From Edaphobacter aggregans (lineage in GTDB: Bacteria; Acidobacteriota; Terriglobia; Terriglobales; Acidobacteriaceae), in the NCBI RefSeq assembly GCF_003945235.1, contig NZ_RSDW01000001.1, positions 4,860,001 to 4,892,000 of the forward strand: 32,000 nt of DNA. The letters run 5' to 3'. A program made the translations under genes and the position numbers. This document shows, one piece after another, positions 9,414 through 17,916 of this stretch (position 1 is the stretch's first letter; each line of letters opens with the position of its first letter). The notes beneath the pieces are model-generated. The model was not told the DNA's origin. It did not search any database and was given only the letters and a program-made list of their open reading frames with translations.

Positions 9414-11606
9414 CTAGTAGAACTCGATTGCGATGACTTCGTGTAAGGCAATGGATGGAACCTCCAGCGTGACGTGGTTTTCTTTGTTTGCATATTTAGG
9501 GTTCGTTCCTGCAACGAGAAGGTAAACGTGTTTTATCGTGCGGCCCTTAGGGATTTTTATTGCGATCTTCTGAGCGGATATCGGAATGATTTCGCGAACC
9601 GGGCCCTTCATCATCATGGGATTGGTGAGATTCACTAGATGCGCGGTCATGGAGTTTTTCTGCGCCCAGATTGAGACGTCGAGGATGCCCTTGCCCTCGA
9701 CGGTGAGGGGCGCTGGTTCGTTGGTTGCCCATAGAACAGCGTTGCGGAGCAGGCGTCCCAGGTCATAGTTCAAGGTCTCCCAAAATGTGCGGTCGACATC
9801 TCCGGGGAAGTAGACGACGCGACCTTTGCCTGCGGTGCGAACGACGACTCCGGGCTGTCCGTTCGAATCACTACGGGGAAAGACCTCTTCCATGGGTAGG
9901 TCGGGATAGGTCGGGACTACTTGAAGCGGGGAAGAGACGTTCTCTGCGGTTGTTATCGATACTTGATTTACGGCGTTGATGAAGCGTACGGAGTTCTCGA
10001 GATCCTTCAAGAGCGGATGGAATTGTCCAGAGCTCTCCTTGTTAAGTTTCAGGTAAGAGTTGAGCATGGGGCCTTCCGTTTTGCCCGCGTAGCTGGCTCC
10101 GAATAATGAGGCGAGTCCGAAGTTCGGCTGCCGCACGCCCCACTCGTTGTAGAGAGAGGTCTCGTAGGTTGCGATGAGGCTGCCACCTTGTTCGACGAAT
10201 TGCGCGAGTTGCTCGCACTGCGTGCGCGAGAGCGCCGCGATGTTTGGCAGGATGAGTGTGCGGAACTGGCGGATGTGTGCGGCGTCGAGGAGATGGTCGT
10301 GGACCATCTCAAAAGGAATGCGCGCTTCGATGAGAGCCTGGTAAAAGCCGAGGCCGGGATCTTCTACTTTTGCGCGTGCATCTTCACCGCCGTAGTAGCT
10401 TGCAGTTTGCTGCGAATAGATCATGGCGACTCGAGCGAGCGGACGTTCGTTGCGGAGGTAGGGTTCATTGGCGGCGTGCCATTTATAGAGTTCTTCGACT
10501 ACGGGCATCCAGCGAGAATCGATAACCTTGCAATCGAACTTGATGAACCAAGGTCGCAGACCATGTGCAATTCCGTCGAGGACCCATAGGCGGATCTCGT
10601 CGTCGTACTGAACGGAATCCTTCCAGCGATATTTTTCTTCGAGGCCGACACTGAAGATCCCGACGATGGCTTTGCTGCCCAACGTGGCGCGGTACTCTTT
10701 GCCGTTTTTGCCATTGGCCCATAGAGGCGTGAGTCCGGAGCGGCCTTGGCGGTCGGCGAATAGAGTGGGGGCCAGCTCGCCGATAGTCTTCATATCGAGT
10801 TCGCTGAGTGCGCCTCCTCCGGCGTTGGCAATATAGCTTGCGTTAGGGTTGATGTTTTGGATTTTGGTGTTCCAGAGACGCCAGAGTTCGAAGAGGCGTT
10901 GTTGACGCCAGACGATGTACAGCTTGCGTGCGGAGTTCTGCGGATCGCGCGTGCGCGGAAGATCTAGTCCGCTGAAGGTGTGGAAGTTCTGCTGGCAATG
11001 CTCGCAGTAGCACATGCCCGAGCCGGCCCAGCGATTGGTGAAGATTCCGTCGGCCATGTACTTTGTCATGATCTCTTCGTGCACGGATGTCATGAATTCG
11101 AAGTTGTAGGGACCGAGCGCGCAGGTGAGCCAGAAGTCTTTGTCGGATGGATGGCGCATCTTCTCGCCGGCAGCGTTGACCAGGATCCAGTCGGGATGAG
11201 CGTCGTAGGCGTTCTGATGGCAGGCGTGTGCGTCGGTTCGCGCAACGACGACAAGGCCCAGCGCTTTGCACTTCTGCTTCAGGTCCCCGAAGGTGTCCAT
11301 GTCGCCGAGCCATCTGCTTCGATATTGGAGTGGCAGTTGGGTGGGATAAAAGGCGACCGCGCCGCCGGCATTCAACGTGACTGCGTCGATGTGTAGACGC
11401 TTGAAGTAGTCGAGCCAGAACTGAGGGTCGTAGTTTCCGGGATCATCTTCGGCAAAGCTGATCTGGGCCCACCGCATTGGCCTGTCGTACCAGCCGGGTT
11501 GTGAGGGAACCTGGAGGGCCTCGGCGATATTTCCAAAGCTCGGGCCGAAGATGGTTGCAGCGGTAGCGGCGGTGTAGCCGAGAAACGTTCGACGACTGCT
11601 TGTCAT
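9414..11606 (-). CDS. Tat-exported glycoside-hydrolase-like protein (GHL6-type TIM-barrel region plus GH42-type beta-galactosidase trimerisation/glutamine-amidotransferase-like domain)
   Basis: 730 aa ORF with a GAGAGG RBS upstream of ATG 11606. A twin-arginine motif (MTSSRRTFLGYTAATAA) is present. The N-terminal region reads DPQFWLDYFKRLHIDAVTLNAGGAVAFYPTQLP...LGLVVVARTD. The middle region (ARVAMIYSQQT...YQALIEARIPFEMV...FRTLILPNIAALSRTQCEQLAQFVEQGGSLIATYETS) matches the GH42 trimerisation-domain pattern. The family assignment is from memory; I did not identify catalytic residues. Confidence 0.8.
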   Translation of the reverse strand: MTSSRRTFLGYTAATAATIFGPSFGNIAEALQVPSQPGWYDRPMRWAQISFAEDDPGNYDPQFWLDYFKRLHIDAVTLNAGGAVAFYPTQLPLQYRSRWLGDMDTFGDLKQKCKALGLVVVARTDAHACHQNAYDAHPDWILVNAAGEKMRHPSDKDFWLTCALGPYNFEFMTSVHEEIMTKYMADGIFTNRWAGSGMCYCEHCQQNFHTFSGLDLPRTRDPQNSARKLYIVWRQQRLFELWRLWNTKIQNINPNASYIANAGGGALSELDMKTIGELAPTLFADRQGRSGLTPLWANGKNGKEYRATLGSKAIVGIFSVGLEEKYRWKDSVQYDDEIRLWVLDGIAHGLRPWFIKFDCKVIDSRWMPVVEELYKWHAANEPYLRNERPLARVAMIYSQQTASYYGGEDARAKVEDPGLGFYQALIEARIPFEMVHDHLLDAAHIRQFRTLILPNIAALSRTQCEQLAQFVEQGGSLIATYETSLYNEWGVRQPNFGLASLFGASYAGKTEGPMLNSYLKLNKESSGQFHPLLKDLENSVRFINAVNQVSITTAENVSSPLQVVPTYPDLPMEEVFPRSDSNGQPGVVVRTAGKGRVVYFPGDVDRTFWETLNYDLGRLLRNAVLWATNEPAPLTVEGKGILDVSIWAQKNSMTAHLVNLTNPMMMKGPVREIIPISAQKIAIKIPKGRTIKHVYLLVAGTNPKYANKENHVTLEVPSIALHEVIAIEFY

Positions 11607-11877
11607 TGAGACCTCTCAACGAGACGACGATCTGCCTCAGTGCAGAACTATATCTGCTTCGCTCAAATGGCCTCACCTTAGCCCCAACACGTTCTTGAGG
11701 CTTTCCACATCCTGAACAAGGACTGAGATGAACATCACTTGTTCGAGAAAGTTGGCAAAATCGTACAAGTGGTCTCGGGAGCCTCGCACCGAGATACCGT
11801 TTTTACGAACACGTGGTTACTTCCGGATTTCCCGTGATACGGACATTTCGATCCCGATGGCCGATCAGTCGCATTCG

Positions 11878-12296
11878 TTAGTCTGCTTTTAGGACCAGTA
11901 TCGGACATGGATTGCCTGCCACTTTTTTCCCTGCGACCCATTTGTACTTCGATTTTGGGAACAAGAACCAACGGATCAAAGGGCCATTAAGTCCGCTCAT
12001 CTGCGGGAGAACGACTACGTCGAGCGTTCCTTTGCTGGGAACTACAACTCGGTACTTGCCGTCGGGCAAAAGGCCCAAGCGAACCATGCCATTCTTGTCG
12101 GCGATCGCAAAATGCATCAGCTTGTCTCCGGCATATAGCTGCAACGGGTTGCGACAGCAGGCGTGTTATCAAAGAAGACTCGCAAATCAAAAGCTTCGTC
12201 GCCGTGCAGTTTTATAGGGGACGGTGGCGGACAATCGCCTGACCAAGCAATAAGACATACCGAAAGGACAATTAGGAGTGTCGCAAATCTCAGCAT
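11878..12296 (-). pseudogene. Small secreted carboxypeptidase-regulatory-like-domain protein interrupted by a frameshift
   Basis: The N-terminal fragment is in the frame of ORF 12117..12428, starting at ATG 12296 (GGGGAGA lies 5 nt upstream): MLRFATLLIVLSVCLIAWSGDCPPPSPIKLHGDEAFDLRVFFDNTPAVATRCSYMPETS*. The C-terminal fragment (ORF 11878..12144, displaced by one nucleotide) reads LQLYAGDKLMHFAIADKNGMVRLGLLPDGKYRVVVPSKG..., which is a typical CarboxypepD_reg core. The two frames overlap at 12117..12144, and I see no slippery heptamer there. Confidence 0.5.
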
Positions 12297-12404
12297 CAAT
12301 ATCTCCCCGTGGAGGGTAGCACCTGCGAGACTACCCAGATAGCCAACGTAAATCTCAATTGCGCTCGCGACCCGCACAACCGCCACTCCTGTTGCTGGCG
12401 GTTT

Positions 12405-12454
12405 GTCGGCAATACGGAAGCGATTCACTCGTCTGTGGTAGTCGGCAATACGGA
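12405..12454. repeat. Perfect 14-bp direct repeat GTCGGCAATACGGA (12405..12418 and 12441..12454) in the divergent intergenic region upstream of the 12807 receptor gene
   Basis: Read directly; the copies are 36 bp apart, start to start. The second copy extends into a box (ATACGGACATTCCGACCC) that recurs at 11837..11855. A nearby 12-mer, TTCCGGATTACC (12479..12490), recurs as TTCCGGATTTCC at 11821..11832. Confidence 0.6.
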
Positions 12455-12806
12455 CATTCCGACCCTGTTCTACGTAATTTCCGGATTACCGGTTAATTGT
12501 CCGGCACTGATTTTGCTCATTGCGGAAATAATCGCAATTTCTCCATGAGCAACGGTTTTGGACGTGCCTCTGCACACAAGAAAGGGCCGAACCACCGCCC
12601 ATCGAGAATTGCAGGAGGCGCGCTCGCAATGTTGTCAGGCTCTGACTTTTCATACAGGTGTGTCCTGAGACCAACTGGACCACCAATGATGATCAACGAT
12701 TCGTCACAAAAACGAACCTCCGCGTTGACGATAGGCCAACAATTCCTTATATTTGGTCAAAATCTTGACGATTTCGGGTCTCCTTGCAAGTCAAAGGAGT
12801 CTGCAT

Positions 12807-15800
12807 ATGAATTGCCCAATAGTCGGAGGAACCTCCGCGGTGCATCTGGGGCAGCCAGCCTTGAGTCTGGTGCGCAGAGCCTTCCTCCTCCTCATCTTCA
12901 TTGCGAGTGGCTCGGCGATCTCCTCGCCCATGTACGGCCAAGGCACGGGAAGCTTCTCCGGCACGGTCGTGGACAAATCCGGGTCGAACGTCTCGGGAGC
13001 CTCGGTAACAGCCACCTCGGCAGCTACCGGCCTTGCTCGGGTAGGAAAGACCGATAACACAGGTCACTATCTCATCCCGTTACTTCCTGTAGGCAATTAC
13101 ACGGTGCGCGTTGAATCCACTGGATTCCAGACAGTCGAGGCAAGAGACCTCACGCTTCAGGTGGATGAGGCTCGCGAGTTGAACTTCACGCTAGTCCTCG
13201 CCAACGTCACCACCACCGTTGAGGTCAATGCGACTGCAGTAGCAACCGAGACATCGAATCCCTCTCTTGGTCAGGTCATCACATCGCAACAGGTCTCGCA
13301 ACTTCCGCTGAACGGCCGCAACTTCGTGCAGCTTGCCACACTCACTGCAGGAGCCACCGCCGAGACGAATCCCAACAGCTTCTTTACCTCCGCAGCCAGC
13401 AGTGAGGTAGCTGCCCGCGGCCCACTCTCTCTATCGGTCGGCGGATCGCGCCCAAACAGTACTGATTGGTTGCTGGACAACGTCGATAACAATGAGCTGA
13501 CTGCGGGCGGCATCGCTATCTACTCTTCTATTGATTCCATCCAGGAGTTCAAGGTGTTGACCTACACCTACTCCGCTGAATACGGAACTCGCGCTGGCCC
13601 TACCGTGCTTGTCACCAGCAAGTCCGGCACGAATGCGTTCCACGGAACTCTCTATGAATTTTTCCGCAACACTGCACTCGATGCTAAAAGCTACTTTGCA
13701 ACGGAGGCAGAGAAGTTCAACCTCAACCAGTTCGGAGGCTCAATCGGCGGCCCTATCCGCAAGAACAAAACGTTTTTCTTCGTAGACGGCGAACAGAAGT
13801 ATCAGCGGCACGGCATCGTCTTTACAGGCCTGATCCCTTCTCTGGCGATGCGCACGGGGGATTTTTCGGCTGACGCTTTCGGCAATCCGGTCAGTGGCCT
13901 CCAAATAGTGAACCCGAACATGATCGGTGCCTCTGCCAATCCCAATATTTATCCCAACGTTTACTTTCAGTGCAATGCACTCGGGCAGCCCTTACCTTCC
14001 AATCCTGACGGAAGCCAGCCGAACGGAGTTGCGTGCAACAAAATCCCATCCAGCCTGATCAATAACATTGGGCAGGCAATGATGAACCTATATCCTACGC
14101 CGAACGCAAGCAACGCAAACGCTGGGTACAACTACGTCAATACGCCGGTGCGTGAGCTCGACAACACGAAGTTTGATATTCGGGTGGACAACAACTTCAC
14201 CGATGCAGACTCGGTCTTCGCGCGCTTCAGTTACGATCAGGCGTTCTCATTCGTGCCGGGCGGCTCACCGGGATTCGCAGCAGCAAATGCATTCGGCACC
14301 AATCAGGACATTACCAATCACGGTCGCAACCTTGCTCTGGGCTGGACGCACGTCTTCTCGGCCAACATGGTGAACCAGTTCAACTTCGGCTATAACCGCA
14401 TCTTCAACTACATCACCTCGTACGGCTCCGGCACGTGCGCCTCGGCGACCATTGTGCCGGGCGGTATTCCTAACGCCAATCTCGGGTGTTCGGGCACACC
14501 TCCAAAATGTACCCCTGGGGCTTTTAGCTGCGGCCTGGTTTCAACCATAGTTGCCGGGGGCTTCTGGGCGGTCGGCGATCGCGGCTATTCCCCGTTCCAA
14601 GGTGGAACGAACATCTTTTCGTACAGAGATTCGCTCGATCTGACCCACGGTAGACACAATCTTCACTTTGGTATCGACTTCCGAGCAAATCAGATGAACG
14701 TGGGCACCGAAGCCTTTCAGGATGGCTTCTGGATCATCGGCAACGGCGGCAATTTCAGCGGTCTGAGCACTGCCAACATACCAGGCAGTCCGCCGGCGGA
14801 TTTCATGATCGGTATTACCGGCTTAGCCATTCACGACCAGACATTCAACGGCCCCATCACTGGTCGCCGCTGGAAGATCTTCCGTCCCTTTGCTGAGGAC
14901 GACTGGAGAATCACCAACTCTCTCACGCTCAACCTCGGCCTTGCGTGGGATTTGACATCGCCGATCTCCGAAGCGCACGGACGCCTCGCAAACTATGTTC
15001 CCGCCACCGGCGATCTTCTCATCGCTAATAGAAACGGTGTAAGTTCGTCGGCGGGAGTTGAGAGGGACTGGACGGCGCTGGAGCCGCGCGTCGGCGGTGC
15101 ATGGAAGGTCGTGTCCAACGGCAATACCGTACTTCGCGCAGGCTTCGCGATGTTCCACGACTCCGCGTGGAGTCAGGGAGCGCAAGGGCTCTGGCAAAAT
15201 CCACCCTTCTTCGGCGAATCAGACGCATTTGCCTCTGCAGGTTGCGCTTTTCCAACCTCGTACTGCGCTACCGTGCTAGGTCAAACTCCTTCGGCCATCA
15301 GTCTCTCCAGCGGATTCGAGGCCATTACTGAACCGCCAACGGTCGGAACGTTCACCGGCTCGTTTTATACACAGCCCACGAACTTCAAGATGGGCAGAGT
15401 TCAGCAATATAACGTGAACGTTCAGCAAGTGGTGCCCGGCAACGTCGTGATCACAGCGGGTTATGCAGGCTCACGCGGCACTCACGTTCTTGTCGCAGGA
15501 AATAACCTCAATACCGCAAGCCCGTCGGCCTGCGTCGGATCATCTTCCTACACGCTCGGCTGTCTGCCTGGCGGAGCGCCTTATATTCCTCCCTACAATA
15601 CGTTCTCCACCATCTCGCTCTTTGGCGATGTCGGCAAAACAAACTACGACTCCCTACAAATCAAAGCCGAGACGAAGGCGCTACAGCACGGCCTCTACGC
15701 CCTGATCGCCTACTCGTACTCGCATACCTATGACAACGGCCTCTCCGATGGTCTGGGCTCGTTGCTGAGCGCTCCATACTTCCCGCTCCCCAACTGGCAG

Positions 15801-16430
15801 AACTTGGATTGGGCGCTGTCGCAAATCAATCTCAATCACAGCTTCATAGGCAGCGTGATCTACGATCTCCCGTTCGGCCGCGGCAGACAGTTCGGCAACG
15901 ATTGGAATACTGCTTCGAACGCCTTCCTCGGCGATTGGCAGGTGACCGTTATCCAGAGAGTCTCTACGGGCTTCCCCACGCCTCTCATCTATAGCAACAA
16001 CCAGTCTGGCTCGTTCTTTCAGAATGGAGGCAACGGCAATAATTGGAATCGCCCCAGCCAGGTCTCAGGTTGCGACGTTCATGCGGGCAACCATGCCGTG
16101 AAGCAATTCATCAACCCGGCATGCTTCGTCGCTCCGCCAATTGGACAGCTCGGAAACGCTTCGCGCGTTCCCGTCTTTGGTCCCGACTTTGTGAACACAG
16201 ATTTTTCGGTCATCAAGCAATTCACACTCCCGAGGGAGATGGGACTCAACTTCCGCGCAGAGTTCTTCAACCTGTGGAATCACGCGCAATTCGGTCTGCC
16301 GGTCAACGATTTAGCTGTTGCAACCTTGAATCCCGGCGGCACCATACAAAATAGCAACGGCTTCGGCGCTGCGAACTCCACGGTGAACAACCCACGGCTG
16401 GTGCAGTTCGCGCTCAAGCTCACTTTCTAA
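12807..16430 (+). CDS. TonB-dependent receptor-type outer-membrane protein with N-terminal carboxypeptidase-regulatory-like domain (1207 aa)
   Basis: The ORF is 12753..16430. ATG 12807 lies 7 nt after AAGGAG (12794..12799). The hydrophobic signal region reads LVRRAFLLLIFIASGSAISSPMYGQ. The CarboxypepD_reg signature reads GSFSGTVVDKSGSNVSGASVTATSAATGLARVGKTDNTGHYLIPLLPVGNYTVRVESTGF. A plug-like segment (SLGQVITSQQVSQLPLNGRNF) follows. The protein ends in a terminal Phe (ALKLTF). Confidence 0.9.
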   Translation: MNCPIVGGTSAVHLGQPALSLVRRAFLLLIFIASGSAISSPMYGQGTGSFSGTVVDKSGSNVSGASVTATSAATGLARVGKTDNTGHYLIPLLPVGNYTVRVESTGFQTVEARDLTLQVDEARELNFTLVLANVTTTVEVNATAVATETSNPSLGQVITSQQVSQLPLNGRNFVQLATLTAGATAETNPNSFFTSAASSEVAARGPLSLSVGGSRPNSTDWLLDNVDNNELTAGGIAIYSSIDSIQEFKVLTYTYSAEYGTRAGPTVLVTSKSGTNAFHGTLYEFFRNTALDAKSYFATEAEKFNLNQFGGSIGGPIRKNKTFFFVDGEQKYQRHGIVFTGLIPSLAMRTGDFSADAFGNPVSGLQIVNPNMIGASANPNIYPNVYFQCNALGQPLPSNPDGSQPNGVACNKIPSSLINNIGQAMMNLYPTPNASNANAGYNYVNTPVRELDNTKFDIRVDNNFTDADSVFARFSYDQAFSFVPGGSPGFAAANAFGTNQDITNHGRNLALGWTHVFSANMVNQFNFGYNRIFNYITSYGSGTCASATIVPGGIPNANLGCSGTPPKCTPGAFSCGLVSTIVAGGFWAVGDRGYSPFQGGTNIFSYRDSLDLTHGRHNLHFGIDFRANQMNVGTEAFQDGFWIIGNGGNFSGLSTANIPGSPPADFMIGITGLAIHDQTFNGPITGRRWKIFRPFAEDDWRITNSLTLNLGLAWDLTSPISEAHGRLANYVPATGDLLIANRNGVSSSAGVERDWTALEPRVGGAWKVVSNGNTVLRAGFAMFHDSAWSQGAQGLWQNPPFFGESDAFASAGCAFPTSYCATVLGQTPSAISLSSGFEAITEPPTVGTFTGSFYTQPTNFKMGRVQQYNVNVQQVVPGNVVITAGYAGSRGTHVLVAGNNLNTASPSACVGSSSYTLGCLPGGAPYIPPYNTFSTISLFGDVGKTNYDSLQIKAETKALQHGLYALIAYSYSHTYDNGLSDGLGSLLSAPYFPLPNWQNLDWALSQINLNHSFIGSVIYDLPFGRGRQFGNDWNTASNAFLGDWQVTVIQRVSTGFPTPLIYSNNQSGSFFQNGGNGNNWNRPSQVSGCDVHAGNHAVKQFINPACFVAPPIGQLGNASRVPVFGPDFVNTDFSVIKQFTLPREMGLNFRAEFFNLWNHAQFGLPVNDLAVATLNPGGTIQNSNGFGAANSTVNNPRLVQFALKLTF

Positions 16431-16753
16431 AGCGGCTCAGATCCGGATCTCGTAGTAGTTAAGAGATCCTTCGATCGCAGCATCGCACGTCTGGCGGAGG
16501 CATTCACCTAGCGGTAGATCTTTTGTCGAAAGGATCGACCGCTGATCGGCCACTCAGAAGTTGCCAAGAATCTAATCGCAAGCTCAGTTTCCGGGTAGTC
16601 GGCTATTCGGCAGTTAATATCCAGTACACGGTCGAATGGTCTTCAGGGCCGTGAGCGCCACCGATCGGTAGCAATAAGTTGGGTTCATTGGCAATTCTCC
16701 CGACGGCTGTCGCTGTAAGATATGGTTGAAGCCTTCCCTTGCGAGGTGCACAC

Positions 16754-17209
16754 TTGCCCAACTACACGAAGAACGCGGAAGCCATCTCTCGCCTCTCTCC
16801 TGAGGAGTTCCAGGTCACCCAGCAGAACGGAACCGAACGGCCCTTCGAGAATGCCTATTGGGATCACGATGAACCAGGCCTCTATGTGGATATTGTTTCC
16901 GGTGAACCTCTGTTCTCGTCCCTGGACAAATTCGACAGCAACTGCGGTTGGCCGAGTTTCACGAAACCAGTTGAAGCAGACAATGTGGAGGAACGGCCCG
17001 ATGGGAGTTACGGCATGAGCCGGACGGAGGTACGATCGACTCACGGCGACAGTCATCTGGGGCATGTCTTCGATGATGGCCCTAAGGACGAAGGAGGCTT
17101 GCGCTATTGCATCAATTCGGCCTCGCTGCGTTTCATCCCTCTCGATGAGCTTGAGAGCGAAGGCTACGGCGACTATCTCGACCTATTTGAGACGAAGAAG
17201 GAGAAGTAA
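16754..17209 (+). CDS. msrB: Peptide-methionine (R)-S-oxide reductase MsrB (form without the zinc-binding CxxC pairs)
   Basis: Motifs present: [33 protein letters not shown] and [13 protein letters not shown]. The two CxxC zinc motifs of E. coli MsrB are absent ([10 protein letters not shown] and [10 protein letters not shown] replace them). The start is ambiguous: TTG 16754 has GAGGTG 5 nt upstream, while the longest ORF starts at TTG 16739. Confidence 0.88.
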   Translation: MPNYTKNAEAISRLSPEEFQVTQQNGTERPFENAYWDHDEPGLYVDIVSGEPLFSSLDKFDSNCGWPSFTKPVEADNVEERPDGSYGMSRTEVRSTHGDSHLGHVFDDGPKDEGGLRYCINSASLRFIPLDELESEGYGDYLDLFETKKEK

Positions 17210-17213
17210 CGAT

Positions 17214-17735
17214 ATGGCCTCATCGAACGAGCGCGCAGTTCTTGCCGGTGGCTGTTTCTGGGGGATGCAGGATTTGTTGCGTCGCTACCCAGGAGTGATT
17301 TCCACGCGAGTCGGATATACAGGCGGCGATGTCGCAAATGCGACCTATCGCAATCATGAAGGTCATGCCGAAGCGATCGAGATTGTCTTCGACCCTCAGA
17401 AGATAAGCTATCGAAGGCTGCTGGAGTTCTTTTTCCAGATCCATGACCCGACGACGTTGAACCGTCAGGGAAACGATCGCGGAACCAGCTACCGTTCCGC
17501 GATCTTCTATACGACTGAGGAACAGAAAGAGGTTGCTGAAGAAATAATCGCCGACGTGAATGCTTCCGGACTATGGCCTGGCAAGGTTGTAACCGAGGTG
17601 GTGCCAGCTGGTGCCTTCTGGGAGGCGGAGCCTGAGCATCAGGATTATCTGGAGCGAATCCCAAACGGATATACTTGCCATTTCATCAGGCCGAATTGGA
17701 CACTTCCAAAACGGGCCCTCTCAACGGCGATCTAG
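17214..17735 (+). CDS. msrA: Peptide-methionine (S)-S-oxide reductase MsrA
   Basis: ATG 17214 lies 4 nt after the msrB stop codon (TAA 17207..17209) and 9 nt after AAGGAGA. The active-site motif is [13 protein letters not shown]. Also present: [27 protein letters not shown] and EPEHQDYL. The upstream extension of the ORF-track entry (17064..) overlaps msrB and is not credible. Confidence 0.93.
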   Translation: MASSNERAVLAGGCFWGMQDLLRRYPGVISTRVGYTGGDVANATYRNHEGHAEAIEIVFDPQKISYRRLLEFFFQIHDPTTLNRQGNDRGTSYRSAIFYTTEEQKEVAEEIIADVNASGLWPGKVVTEVVPAGAFWEAEPEHQDYLERIPNGYTCHFIRPNWTLPKRALSTAI

Positions 17736-17916
17736 TTCTCGCCATCGCAGCGTAACGTGTATCGCATTATGTTCAACTCGCCGACGTGGGACGGTAGCGA
17801 TCTGCAACTGGTGGTTGCGGGGAACCGCTGACTTGCTATGTGCGTACCTATGTAGGGTTTAATCGAATCGGAGGGAGATCGACTACGACGGGCCCTGCAT
17901 AAGGAGTGGAATTCAG

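Noticed and set aside
12297-12806. A cobalamin or other riboswitch in the long leader of the 12807 receptor gene (GCCACTC at about 12382).
   Set aside because: The B12-box consensus and its accompanying conserved segments are not present. I also see no TPP or other riboswitch core in the leaders of the other receptor genes. An Rfam scan would be the definitive check.
16439-16450. A 12-bp perfect palindrome, AGATCCGGATCT, just after the 12807..16430 stop codon. Also a GATCTTTT-gtcg-AAAGGATC hairpin at 16517..16536. Both were considered as terminators.
   Set aside because: As RNA, the first can form only a 4-bp stem around a CCGG loop. The second lacks a U-tract and lies about 90 nt downstream. 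Neither is convincing as an intrinsic terminator.
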